Shown: positions 17,631 through 26,340, numbered from the stretch's first letter. The stretch: DNA of 43,074 nt from a virus (IMGVR_UViG_3300045988_114939:1-43074); one strand, 5' to 3'. Notes: a model not told the origin generated them from the sequence alone. Numbers and translations are program-made.

Positions 17631-18566
17631 ATGAATGAGATAATTATAAGCAAGAATTTGCCCGAAATGCGCAAAAACGCCGCCTTGATGGTTCAAAAGC
17701 CAAAGGCAGGCCAAAAGGCTATCGAGGTGCGCAGGGCATTGGCAGAATTGCCCGAAACCCTTTCGGGGCTTTCGGAACAAGAACGTGAGATTTTTTCGGC
17801 AAGCGTAAAAAAGCAGATTGGCGAGTATGACAATGCGCTCGAATTGGCGGCCTATATTAAGCCTTTGTTTAAGTACATTGCTAAGGATGTAGGATATAAT
17901 ATACCAAGTAGAGAAGAGGAATGGCAATACATTCAAACGCGCATTTTGGACGTTTTGCGAAAATACTTTGCCAAATTCACATTGAACGATATTAAGCTAG
18001 CATTTGAGTTGACCGCACTGGGCGAGTTAGATGTTTTTTTGCCGAAAAACAAAGACGGCAAAGCAGATAGGGGGCATTATCAGAATTTCAATGCGGAGTA
18101 TTTCGCAAAGATTTTGCACGCCTATCAAGAAAAGCAAGGATGCGTTTTTGAAAAAGTGTTTAAAAACACTTCTACAATTGCCATTGCCGATAACTCTGCC
18201 AAAGTGGCACAAAAAAAGTTCCAAAAGCTGCTTGTGTATGCCTTTTATCATTACAAATATCGTGGCTACATGCTGGATTTGAGCGCACCACAGCAAATAA
18301 TGCTATATAACATATTGCACAATCTAGGATTTATCACGGCTGTTTTGTCAGATGATGATTTAAAGCGGTCAATGGCAGAAGTACGCAAGCAAATTGCAAT
18401 GAACATAATAAAGCCATTTCAGGCAGGAATTATAAAGGCTAGGGGCGTGGAGCATGATGCTGTTAAGGCTGGTGCGGTTAAATTCTCGCAATACAGGGCA
18501 ATAATAGAGTGCTTTGATTGGATGGTAAAAGAAGAAATCCAAATAACCGATTATATACTTGTGTAG
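17631..18566 (+). CDS. Hypothetical replication-module protein
   Basis: 311-aa ORF directly after the initiator. No NTPase motif seen. Confidence 0.55.
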   Translation: MNEIIISKNLPEMRKNAALMVQKPKAGQKAIEVRRALAELPETLSGLSEQEREIFSASVKKQIGEYDNALELAAYIKPLFKYIAKDVGYNIPSREEEWQYIQTRILDVLRKYFAKFTLNDIKLAFELTALGELDVFLPKNKDGKADRGHYQNFNAEYFAKILHAYQEKQGCVFEKVFKNTSTIAIADNSAKVAQKKFQKLLVYAFYHYKYRGYMLDLSAPQQIMLYNILHNLGFITAVLSDDDLKRSMAEVRKQIAMNIIKPFQAGIIKARGVEHDAVKAGAVKFSQYRAIIECFDWMVKEEIQITDYILV

Positions 18567-18619
18567 AATGAAGACAAATTTGAGATTACAAGATACTACA
18601 TTTACCGAATTATAGAATT

Positions 18620-19171
18620 ATGGAGAAAAATAATTTATCAATTAATTGTATCATTGCAATTGACCCCGGTGCAAGTAATGGGGGCATTTGCGTTTTTCGA
18701 CCCAAAGAAACACCTAAATGCGTGCGGATGCCAAAGGACTTGCGCGACTTGCGCGACTTCATTGCCTATTACAAGGGGTTTACCAACCCAATTGTATTTG
18801 TTGAAAAACTTAACGTGCGTGTTGACGATGCAGAGGAGAATAAGGGCAAATTGTTCCGTATTCAAACGATGCTCGCAAACTTCGAGCAGATAAAGGCCGT
18901 GTTAACTCTGCTCGATGTGCCTTACTGCCTTGTGCATCCTATGAAGTGGCAAAGTAGGCTTAATCTTCGTAAGGTAGGCCGTTACGAGGAAAAAAGCGAG
19001 CGGAAAAAACGCTACAAGGAGGTCGCGCAAGACCTTTACAAAGGTGTTAAAGTTACTCTTTGGAATGCCGATGCGCTGTTAATTATGCACTTTGGCAGGG
19101 TCGTTTTAAGCAACGATTTGAGTTGGCTGTTAGAGAATATACCACGTAATACACATAATAAGTTATTCTAG
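18620..19171 (+). CDS. RuvC-like Holliday junction resolvase
   Basis: IIAIDPGASNGGICVF at the N-terminus (first catalytic Asp), VFVEKL, and ADALLIMHFG near the C-terminus. Confidence 0.6.
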   Translation: MEKNNLSINCIIAIDPGASNGGICVFRPKETPKCVRMPKDLRDLRDFIAYYKGFTNPIVFVEKLNVRVDDAEENKGKLFRIQTMLANFEQIKAVLTLLDVPYCLVHPMKWQSRLNLRKVGRYEEKSERKKRYKEVAQDLYKGVKVTLWNADALLIMHFGRVVLSNDLSWLLENIPRNTHNKLF

Positions 19172-19172
19172 T

Positions 19173-19475
19173 ATGGACAATAGGAAGTTAACCCGTGATG
19201 TAAGTCACTTCGACACGTTAACGCGCGAAATGCTGTGTCACATGTGCCGCAATATCATTGATAATAATGCGATGTACGATAATAGTATAATTTCATTCGC
19301 CGAATTTTTGAACAAGGTGCGCCAATTACGACACACACAGCGGCGCGCGGCTAGAAATGCGGAGTTGGAGAAGAAAAAAGAGTGTCAAGAAATGGAGTTG
19401 GATGCCATTTTAAACCGCTTTTTCAACGCGCAACTAACTATTTTTAATGCAAAATGCGATTTTCTCGAAAAATAA
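19173..19475 (+). CDS. Hypothetical protein
   Basis: 100-aa ORF starting 2 nt after the previous stop. Confidence 0.5.
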   Translation: MDNRKLTRDVSHFDTLTREMLCHMCRNIIDNNAMYDNSIISFAEFLNKVRQLRHTQRRAARNAELEKKKECQEMELDAILNRFFNAQLTIFNAKCDFLEK

Positions 19476-19486
19476 TGCTTAAAATT

Positions 19487-19517
19487 TTTGGCGGTTTGAA
19501 AATTATTAGTAACTTTG
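19487..19517 (+). promoter_or_regulatory. Bacteroidota-type promoter (P3)
   Basis: TTTG at 19487-90, a 19-nt spacer, then TAACTTTG at 19510-17. The downstream leader is near-identical to that of P1. Confidence 0.7.
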
Positions 19518-19545
19518 CAATGTGATTAATAAACAACACGACCGG

Positions 19546-19561
19546 CACGGCGGTTTCCGTG
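19546..19561 (+). promoter_or_regulatory. Conserved leader hairpin (P3 copy)
   Basis: CACGG-CGGTTT-CCGTG, 36 nt after the -7 box. The closing pair changes from T:A in P1 to C:G here. Confidence 0.55.
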
Positions 19562-19585
19562 AAACATTTTAAAACTAAAAAAAAG

Positions 19586-19885
19586 ATGAAGAATTTAGTT
19601 ATTACCAAGAGAATTAACGCTACCAACTCAAAAGAAGTTAAAGAGCAGGTTGTAGACCAACTAAAAAGTTGGGGTTACAATGTGGTAGCCGATGAGGAAC
19701 AAGCACAAAGTTTTTTCCTTGCTGAATTTGGCAAGGAAATGAATACAGAAGTTGCTCAAGAATTTGCCATTGACGGCGAAATTAACTATGGCTATCAAAC
19801 AACAATAAATGTGACGATTAAGGCACATTATTGTGATAGCGGTTCGGTTGATTACCTCTACACGGTAGAAGTTACCGAGGACTAA
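19586..19885 (+). CDS. Acidic early protein, function unknown
   Basis: 99 aa counted from the ATG in the AAAAAAGATG context. The GTG at 19559 in the ORF track falls inside the leader hairpin. Confidence 0.6.
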   Translation: MKNLVITKRINATNSKEVKEQVVDQLKSWGYNVVADEEQAQSFFLAEFGKEMNTEVAQEFAIDGEINYGYQTTINVTIKAHYCDSGSVDYLYTVEVTED

Positions 19886-19894
19886 GACAATAAT

Positions 19895-19926
19895 TATACC
19901 TCATGGCAAAAAAGCCGTGGGGTATA
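19895..19926 (+). terminator. Strong hairpin (terminator candidate)
   Basis: TATACCTCATGGC pairs with GCCGTGGGGTATA: 13 bp including two G-U pairs, with an AAAAAA loop. The T-tract is weak. Confidence 0.5.
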
Positions 19927-19978
19927 AACCTTTATATTAACTTTGAGCGTAACTCGCTCACAAAAAGATGATAAAAAT

Positions 19979-21379
19979 ATGTACATCAAAAAACTAGAAT
20001 TGTTGAATTTTCAAGTAATAAAGGGGTTCAACGCAGATTTTGAGGGTAATGTATATTTCATTACCGGAGATAACGAGTTAGGAAAGTCGACCCTTTTGAA
20101 AGCGATTGGCGCGCTACTTACAGGTGAGCGCGATGCCGTTTTGCGCAAGGGTGAAGAAAAAGGATTTGCGAAAATGGTTGTTGGCGATAGCGGTAAAGAG
20201 TACGAAGTAAGCTTAAAGTTTACAAAGGCCAACCCACGCGGCGTGCTGTCAATCAAAGGCGACAAATTACAAAGCAGTAACGTGTCTATGCTGCAAGAAT
20301 TGTTCGGCTATCAAAATTTTGATGCCGTTGAGTTCTGCTCGTGGAGCGAAACGGCCGATGGGCGGCGTAAGCAAATCGAGGTCGTTAAAGGTCTTTTGCC
20401 GCAAAAGGTACAAGACCGCATTAACGAAATAGATGCGGATGTTAAGGCCAAAAAGGCAGAACGTACCGATTTGAACCGCGATATTAAGCTGCTTTCGGCG
20501 CAAGTTAAGGCGAGCAAACAAGGGCTTGAGGTCGGTGACGAAAAGAAATACACCACACGTTTAGACGTTTCGGACTTGTTAAAAGTTCAGCAAGAACAGG
20601 CTCAAAATGATGCAAAAGCAACACTCGTGCGCAGTAAGTTGCAGGAGAGAGTTGACCAATTAGCCGCCATTCCTCAAAAAATCGAGGGTGCAAAAGCCAA
20701 GTATGAGCAAACAAAAGCGGCTATCGAAGATGAGTTGAGAATAGCGCAAGAACGCTTTAACCAACTAAAACAAGAATTGGACAAGCGCAATAGCATGGCG
20801 TTTGAAGAATTTGAAAACGCTCAAAAGGAAATTGCCGCCGAGAAAGCAGATGCCGAGGAGCGCAAGGCCAATTGTGAAAGTTGGCTTAAAGACTATGAAA
20901 GCACCATCAGAACGGCGGCCGACACTGATGCAATTGCACAGGCGCAAGCACACAATGAAAAGGTAGCCATTGTAGAGGGCTATCTAGCAAGAAAGAGCGA
21001 ACTAGACAAGGTGCAGGCCACATTTGATAATTTGGGCGGAGAAGTAGAGAAGTTACAGGCAGAGCGCGCCGAGATAATCGAAAACGCGAACTTGCCAATT
21101 AGCGGCCTATCATTCACAGAAGACGGCCTAACGCTAAACAATATGCCATTTATGGACGGCGTTGTGAGTGATAGCCAAAAGATGGAAGTTGCCGCCAAAT
21201 TGATTATTGCGGCAAACCCAACGGTTAAGGTGTTCAGAATTGCGCGCGGCGAGAGTTTGGGCGCAAAGCGTTTAAAGACTATCCTAGACGTCGCAAAAGC
21301 AAATGGTTTCCAAGGTTTTATCGAAAACGTAAAGCGCGGACAGGAAACAATGCAGGTGGAAGAATACACAGAAAATTAG
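19979..21379 (+). CDS. SMC/RecF/SbcC-like AAA ATPase with a coiled-coil insert
   Basis: MYIKKLELLNFQ opening, Walker A GDNELGKST, and a long coiled-coil middle section rich in Glu, Lys, Gln and Ala. Confidence 0.65.
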   Translation: MYIKKLELLNFQVIKGFNADFEGNVYFITGDNELGKSTLLKAIGALLTGERDAVLRKGEEKGFAKMVVGDSGKEYEVSLKFTKANPRGVLSIKGDKLQSSNVSMLQELFGYQNFDAVEFCSWSETADGRRKQIEVVKGLLPQKVQDRINEIDADVKAKKAERTDLNRDIKLLSAQVKASKQGLEVGDEKKYTTRLDVSDLLKVQQEQAQNDAKATLVRSKLQERVDQLAAIPQKIEGAKAKYEQTKAAIEDELRIAQERFNQLKQELDKRNSMAFEEFENAQKEIAAEKADAEERKANCESWLKDYESTIRTAADTDAIAQAQAHNEKVAIVEGYLARKSELDKVQATFDNLGGEVEKLQAERAEIIENANLPISGLSFTEDGLTLNNMPFMDGVVSDSQKMEVAAKLIIAANPTVKVFRIARGESLGAKRLKTILDVAKANGFQGFIENVKRGQETMQVEEYTEN

Positions 21380-21386
21380 TTATTTC

Positions 21387-21409
21387 GGGTGGGGTGAAAT
21401 TCCCCACCC
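21387..21409 (+). terminator. Perfect 8-bp GC hairpin after the ATPase gene
   Basis: GGGTGGGG-TGAAATT-CCCCACCC. No T-tract follows, so a terminator function is uncertain. Confidence 0.4.
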
Positions 21410-21430
21410 ACATAAAAAAGATGAAACAAA

Positions 21431-22099
21431 ATGGAAATTCAGAAAACGACAGATTACAAGCTGTTTAAGAAATTGGACGGCAACCGCGATGTTAAGAGAA
21501 CAAATGCGCTTGTAAAGTCAATACTGGAATTTGACTTAACAATGTATTCGCCAATCATTGTAAGTGAAGATTTCAGAATTATTGACGGACAACATAGGTT
21601 TGTGGCATGCCGAGAATTGGGGCTACCAATTTATTTTGTTGTGATGCGAAACGAAAATGTTGAAAAGGCAATGATTGTCTTAAACAAATGTCAATCGCAG
21701 TGGCGTAATGGCGAGTTCTTTCAATACAATGTACAGAAAAAAGGCGGTGTTTATAGAGAATTGAAAGAATATATTAACAAATACAAAATACAATTATCTT
21801 ACGCAGTTATTTTGTTTCCGCAAAAGCCATTTGAAACGAAAAAAGTACGTGATGCAAAATTTGTATTTGAGAAGTATTCAAAGTGTGACGAATTGACAGA
21901 ATATTATCTAAGCCCCGAATTTAAGATTTTGCCGTTTTGGAGGTCAAAGCCATTTGTTAGGGCTATACGCGCGTTCTTTGAGAAATCAGACAAAAAGCAA
22001 CTGGATAAGTTGAAACGCAAGGCTTTGGCGATACCTCAATGTGCGAACAATGTACAATATATCACAGCATTTGACAACCTTGTTAGGATGAGAAGATAA
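21431..22099 (+). CDS. ParB-like nuclease-domain (ParB/Srx fold) protein
   Basis: PIIVSEDFRIIDGQHRFVACRELGLP matches the ParB N-terminal domain signature. Confidence 0.6.
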   Translation: MEIQKTTDYKLFKKLDGNRDVKRTNALVKSILEFDLTMYSPIIVSEDFRIIDGQHRFVACRELGLPIYFVVMRNENVEKAMIVLNKCQSQWRNGEFFQYNVQKKGGVYRELKEYINKYKIQLSYAVILFPQKPFETKKVRDAKFVFEKYSKCDELTEYYLSPEFKILPFWRSKPFVRAIRAFFEKSDKKQLDKLKRKALAIPQCANNVQYITAFDNLVRMRR

Positions 22100-22119
22100 T
22101 AATTTAATAATGCAAATAT

Positions 22120-22509
22120 ATGGTGAGCAAAAGGAAGTCCAAGAAGATGGCAGTTAATACAATTGTTGTCAAAAAGCAAAAATCAGTAAAAGAAATGTCC
22201 GTTAAGGAATTGCTTTTAAGCCCCGAATTTAAAACGAATTTACAGAAAATAGTATTGGAATTGCAGGGCGAACGAAAGGCAAAAAACGGACTTGTAGGCC
22301 AAAATTTAAAAAGGCATCCAATTGATTATTTGAATTTGGATGTAAACTATCTGATTGCAGAGTACGCCGCAATTCTTAACAAGAATAGCCAGTTATCTAG
22401 CAATTCGCGTGAGTTTATCAAGGCCGTTTGCGAGGATGCCGCAATAAAAACAATTAAGCAATTACAAGACAATGAAACCGCGAGAGAAGTCCGCCACGGG
22501 GATAATTAA
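22120..22509 (+). CDS. Hypothetical protein
   Basis: 129-aa ORF. Confidence 0.5.
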   Translation: MVSKRKSKKMAVNTIVVKKQKSVKEMSVKELLLSPEFKTNLQKIVLELQGERKAKNGLVGQNLKRHPIDYLNLDVNYLIAEYAAILNKNSQLSSNSREFIKAVCEDAAIKTIKQLQDNETAREVRHGDN

Positions 22510-22903
22510 CGATGTTGGCAAACTCTCCATGTACATGGGAGAGTTAAACGAGTTTTTCAAACAGCACAAGGGCGAACGAGTTATAGCACGTTTTTTTGTC
22601 GCACCTAAACAGAGTAGTGCCGCATTGGTTGGGTATTATTATAATTATGTAGTACCTACAATTAGGCAGGGTATGGCAGAACTTGGCGAGCGAAAGACAG
22701 ACGAGCAAACAGAATTGTTTTTGCGCGAAATTAGCCCAATAATGCAAATAGAAAATGTTGATTTGTCTGCGTGTACATATAACACGACACTGAAAGAAAT
22801 CCGGGGGTGTTCAAACGCTGAATTGGTAGAGCATATTGAATTTTTAAAGCAATTTGCTGCCGAGAACTTAAACGTATTTATTGAAGAACCTAATTTGTTA
22901 TAA
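22472..22903 (+). CDS. Hypothetical protein (start uncertain; alternative ATG near 22529)
   Basis: 143-aa ORF that overlaps the previous gene by 38 nt if the start is 22472. Confidence 0.5.
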   Translation: MKPREKSATGIINDVGKLSMYMGELNEFFKQHKGERVIARFFVAPKQSSAALVGYYYNYVVPTIRQGMAELGERKTDEQTELFLREISPIMQIENVDLSACTYNTTLKEIRGCSNAELVEHIEFLKQFAAENLNVFIEEPNLL

Positions 22904-22905
22904 TT

Positions 22906-23127
22906 ATGAATATAGAAAATGTACATTATGCAAAAAACTTTATAGATGAATTTATAAGGGTGGAGCGAATTGAATATTGTTTGCGTGAGAATTTTAAAAT
23001 AACAATACAAATAGATGGTCAAGAAATTAAACTTTTCGACCATCAAATGGAGTCAGTTCGCAGAGCATTACTTAAAGAACATCGTATTATGAAAAAATCG
23101 TTGTGCGAGGAACTAAAAGATATGTAA
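22906..23127 (+). CDS. Hypothetical protein
   Basis: 73-aa ORF, tightly packed against its neighbours. Confidence 0.45.
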   Translation: MNIENVHYAKNFIDEFIRVERIEYCLRENFKITIQIDGQEIKLFDHQMESVRRALLKEHRIMKKSLCEELKDM

Positions 23128-23128
23128 C

Positions 23129-23311
23129 ATGTTTTGCAAGTGTGGCCAAAAACCTAGATTTTACCCCTTAAATAGTTGGCGCATAAACCACTATCGTTAT
23201 ACGCCAAAGGGTTTCAGTCGTGTGAAGTGCCTAAAATGTGGGTGCGAATGGCTCACAAGAAAAGGCTACACAAAATATATTAAGAACTTAGATTTAACTT
23301 TCAAATTTTAA
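23129..23311 (+). CDS. Small zinc-ribbon-like protein
   Basis: 60 aa with CKCG and CLKCGC pairs. Confidence 0.4.
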   Translation: MFCKCGQKPRFYPLNSWRINHYRYTPKGFSRVKCLKCGCEWLTRKGYTKYIKNLDLTFKF

Positions 23312-23315
23312 AAAG

Positions 23316-24152
23316 ATGATTTACGAAATTAAAGATGTGTTGTTTTTTGACGTAGAAACAACGGGAGTGCCTGAAAAAGGGTTGAAATGGGATGTCGATT
23401 TTGACAAATTCCCATTTGTCGTGCAATTCGCATGGCTGAAAGATGGTGTGTTGAAAAAGCACTTAATCAAGCCAATTACGCCCAAAGGAATTGCGTTTGA
23501 AATACCAAAGGAAACAACGGAAATACATGGTGTATCGACAGAATTGGCAATGCGCGAGGGGCGTTTGTTCGAGGATGTTGTGCAGGAATTTGTACAAGAT
23601 TGTACGGCATCGCCGCTTATCTGCGCGCACAATATCTATTTTGACACCTCAATAATAAAGGCCAACATTATGCGCTATCTAGGTAAGGAGTACTATGATA
23701 GCAAGGTGGATGGGGCTTTGTTCAAAGGCAAGCGAATTGATACCATGATGAAAACAATGAAGTTCGTGGGGGCTACTTTCCCCAATAGTAGCCGCATAAA
23801 ATTCCCCACATTGGAGGAACTTTACGCGCGTTGTTTTGACGGCAAAAAATTTGGCGCACACGATGCGGGCGAGGACGTCAAGGCACTCGCAGAGTGTTTG
23901 CCGATAATTGTAGAATTGGGCTTTGTTAAGTTGGAGCAAAAGGAGTACAATGAGGATGGCACGCAGAAAAAGAGTACTACAAAAAAGTCTTCGAGCATCT
24001 CAAAAACAAAAATCGTAAAGGCAAAAGGGCTTTTTGATGATGCGGACAAGAATGCAAAAAAGGTCGTTTCGAGTTCTGAAAATGTGACAGAAGAAAAGCC
24101 AAACAATCCGCTTTTGCAGGGTGAAAGTTTGTGGGGGGAGGACAAATTTTAA
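23316..24152 (+). CDS. DnaQ-like DEDDh 3'-5' exonuclease
   Basis: ExoI FFDVETTG, ExoII AHNIYFDTSII, ExoIII HDAGEDVKALAE. Confidence 0.75.
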   Translation: MIYEIKDVLFFDVETTGVPEKGLKWDVDFDKFPFVVQFAWLKDGVLKKHLIKPITPKGIAFEIPKETTEIHGVSTELAMREGRLFEDVVQEFVQDCTASPLICAHNIYFDTSIIKANIMRYLGKEYYDSKVDGALFKGKRIDTMMKTMKFVGATFPNSSRIKFPTLEELYARCFDGKKFGAHDAGEDVKALAECLPIIVELGFVKLEQKEYNEDGTQKKSTTKKSSSISKTKIVKAKGLFDDADKNAKKVVSSSENVTEEKPNNPLLQGESLWGEDKF

Positions 24153-24487
24153 TGGAGTTCATTGTTCATGCCGCTTTTGTGTTCATTCTCCTTGTAATGG
24201 CTATTATCGCTTGTGCATTATTCTGCATTATGGTTGATATGGTCAGAGAGGGAAAGGCAAAAGGAGTTTCAGAAAGAAAATTATCTGATGAATTGCTAAT
24301 GCAATACTTAGATATTCGCTTTTCAGACGAAACAGAAGAGCAAAGTGTAAGGCGAAAAATTGACACATTAGAGTGTTTGGCCATTGAATTGCGAATGAAA
24401 TATAATGCGTGTGAGGTGGCCAGTGATTTTAAATACATTAAAAACAAAAAACATGGAAAAAGAAAACAAAAAGCCAATTCCGAGTAA
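24152..24487 (+). CDS. Small membrane-anchored protein
   Basis: The ATG overlaps the exonuclease stop (TAATG). N-terminal TM segment FIVHAAFVFILLVMAIIACALFCIMV. Confidence 0.45.
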   Translation: MEFIVHAAFVFILLVMAIIACALFCIMVDMVREGKAKGVSERKLSDELLMQYLDIRFSDETEEQSVRRKIDTLECLAIELRMKYNACEVASDFKYIKNKKHGKRKQKANSE

Positions 24488-25055
24488 AAAGGCGTTTACC
24501 TTGTCAAAGGCTAAGTTAGCAAGTGGTGGCGGCCTAGACGTGCATTATGAAGTCAGTGAGCAAGACGGCAATGCCAATTATCTAAACAAGCATCATGACG
24601 AGTGCGCGCAGGACGTTCAAAAAGAACTTAGAGAACTATTCCAAGAATTGCGGCCAATCGTAGGCAGGATATTTAACATCACAAGCTTTAAAACTCTGAT
24701 GGAAACAGACGAGTTTAAAGCGACCGAGCAACAAAAAGCATTGGGCGATGATTTTGCGCAAGAATGTTTGAACAAAATTGAGGTGCGCGGCATTTCGTTG
24801 AGCGGCAAAGACGATAAAGTAGGCGTTGTTATCACATCCGTTTACGAGGTGGCCAACGGTCAGAAAGTGGTAATCAATACGCCGCGCATTCGCTTTGATA
24901 GTGAAACATGGGGATTTGAGGAGGAACTTGAAAACATTGTTTATAAAATCGAAAACGAGGTTTACGAGTTTCTTTTTATGGGCAAAAAAGCCGAATTGTC
25001 CCTATTTGGCGAGGATGATGGCAGTCAAGCAGAGGAAACAGAAGAAGACAATTAA
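24453..25055 (+). CDS. Acidic hypothetical protein
   Basis: 200 aa counted from the ATG in an A-rich context. Strongly acidic C-terminus (GEDDGSQAEETEEDN). Confidence 0.55.
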   Translation: MEKENKKPIPSKKAFTLSKAKLASGGGLDVHYEVSEQDGNANYLNKHHDECAQDVQKELRELFQELRPIVGRIFNITSFKTLMETDEFKATEQQKALGDDFAQECLNKIEVRGISLSGKDDKVGVVITSVYEVANGQKVVINTPRIRFDSETWGFEEELENIVYKIENEVYEFLFMGKKAELSLFGEDDGSQAEETEEDN

Positions 25056-25062
25056 CCACATT

Positions 25063-25091
25063 GGCGGAGCATTGCGCTCCGCCTTTATCTT
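25063..25091 (+). terminator. Rho-independent terminator
   Basis: GGCGGAGC-ATTGC-GCTCCGCC followed by TTTATCTT. Confidence 0.7.
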
Positions 25092-25526
25092 ATGAATATG
25101 GCCATATTAATAGAAGATGTAGCGTGTTATCTGTATGCGCGCGATAGAGGGTTTGAGCCGCTTGTTGATAAACGATTTGAAATACCTATAAGTGTGCGTG
25201 TGGATGTGCAGCGGCATTTATTCGGCCGTGGCCACTCAATGGCCGAGAACGAAAGGTTTTATCGGTATTGTTGGCGAATATATCCGCACATCTGCCAAGA
25301 ATGCTTGCGGCCGCTTGGCAATTATTCGGCCGTATATATATCGCACATACGCACGCGCGGAGCATTCCCCGAAATGGCGCACGATGTTAGGAATGTGAAT
25401 GTACTCTGTTTCAAGCATCACAACCAGTGGGAAACTGGTAATAGAAAGGCAATGCGGATATATCCGCGCAATGCCATGACAATAGAGCAGCTTACAAAAG
25501 AGTATAACGAGTTTTGGCGGCCTTAA
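25092..25526 (+). CDS. HNH endonuclease
   Basis: CQEC, then SHIRTRGAFPEMAHDVRNVNVLCFKHHNQWE: the His, Asn and His/Cys arrangement of the HNH fold. Confidence 0.6.
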   Translation: MNMAILIEDVACYLYARDRGFEPLVDKRFEIPISVRVDVQRHLFGRGHSMAENERFYRYCWRIYPHICQECLRPLGNYSAVYISHIRTRGAFPEMAHDVRNVNVLCFKHHNQWETGNRKAMRIYPRNAMTIEQLTKEYNEFWRP

Positions 25527-25616
25527 AATATGCTTAATTGTTATAGAATGTAAACAAGGCGCGTTTTGATGGGTATTTGTGTTAATGAAATTCAAAATAA
25601 CGATATTTATTTGTTT

Positions 25617-25652
25617 TTTGCTTGCAGGTTTCAAAAATACTTCTTACCTTTG
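25617..25652 (+). promoter_or_regulatory. Bacteroidota-type promoter (P4) driving the non-coding region
   Basis: TACCTTTG at 25645-52. CTTG at 25621-24 with a 20-nt spacer, plus TTTG at 25617-20. The downstream GCATTGTGATTAAGAAACACAC resembles the P1 and P3 leaders. Confidence 0.65.
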
Positions 25653-25658
25653 CATTGT

Positions 25659-26340
25659 GATTAAGAAACACACATACAAAACTTGTTTCAAGGTCACGCA
25701 ACAAACTTGCCAAAGTATAAATGGTTTCGGAATGTCGATGTAGGGACGGACGAGTAAAAACGCAAAGAAGCCTAAGCCCTTGGTGGTATGGCGAGCGGTC
25801 TACATAACGCCTACCAACGCAAAACATCGTATGCGCGTTGATGTTAGCCCGAAAGGGCGCGGTTGAAAGCCTGAAAAGATAACCGCTTAAAATGGCTGAT
25901 GCCCTTGGCGTTGGGGCGTGGAACTCACCACGCGCTAAAAAAGAGGAACTTCGCACATGCGGACAATAGCCTGTAAAGTTGGGGTGTTCAAAAAATCCGT
26001 AGAGTACGCATTTAATGCGTAAGTACCCACTTAATCTAGGCATGGCACTTGTAACCTTTGGGTATGCAAGAGTGGTTGGGCAATAATGTGAGTGAACCCC
26101 CGTAGAACTCTACTCAATAAGCGTTGAATGCGCGCGATTTAGCACTTATCATAGTGCAGCATCAAGGAGGACGCTCCTTGCGCAGGTCAGCAATGCGCTG
26201 AAAGCTGAAATCCGCAACGGTGGCCAACCATGAAAGCTAGTGGTTTGGTGCTAAGCAAGCGGCAAAGGGCAAGCCCACGGCTTGGGCTAAGCGAATGCCC
26301 CGCGCGGTGTTTTTAGTGTTTTTGACACCGCATTTTATTT
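25659..26340 (+). ncRNA. Candidate large structured non-coding RNA (about 680 nt), family not recognised
   Basis: No + strand ORF of 60 aa or more between 25527 and 26347, in an otherwise densely coding genome. Has its own promoter and a terminator. Contains many local hairpins, including a GNRA loop (GCCC-GAAA-GGGC at 25847-58) and CAAGGAG-GACG-CTCCTTG at 26163-80. The ends are estimated, not mapped. Confidence 0.6.
26304..26340 (+). terminator. Terminator at the end of the candidate ncRNA
   Basis: GCGGTGT (26304-10) pairs with ACACCGC (26325-31), followed by ATTTTATTT. Confidence 0.55.

Noticed and set aside
21420-21467. 15-codon ORF starting at an AAAAAAGATG context, out of frame with the ParB-like gene (a similar 9-codon ORF lies at 19968)
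   Set aside because: It is too short to evaluate. It could be a uORF or a chance ATG, and I have no supporting evidence beyond the start context.
25582-26043. 153-aa minus-strand ORF covering half of the non-coding region
   Set aside because: It is on the opposite strand to every credible gene and has no promoter-like box or A-rich start context. Its composition is implausible (many Arg, Cys, His and Phe). It covers only part of the ORF-free interval. It is better explained as a chance open frame antisense to a GC-richer structured RNA.
25659-26340. Whether the candidate ncRNA is a known housekeeping RNA (tmRNA, RNase P RNA, 6S, SRP RNA, tRNA) or a CRISPR array
   Set aside because: I found none of the following: a tRNA-like T-arm (GGTTCGAATCC-type) or CCA end; a GAGGAAAGTCCGGGC-type RNase P P4 element; a tmRNA tag ORF; or regularly spaced direct repeats. 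This is a by-eye exclusion only. A covariance-model scan is still needed.
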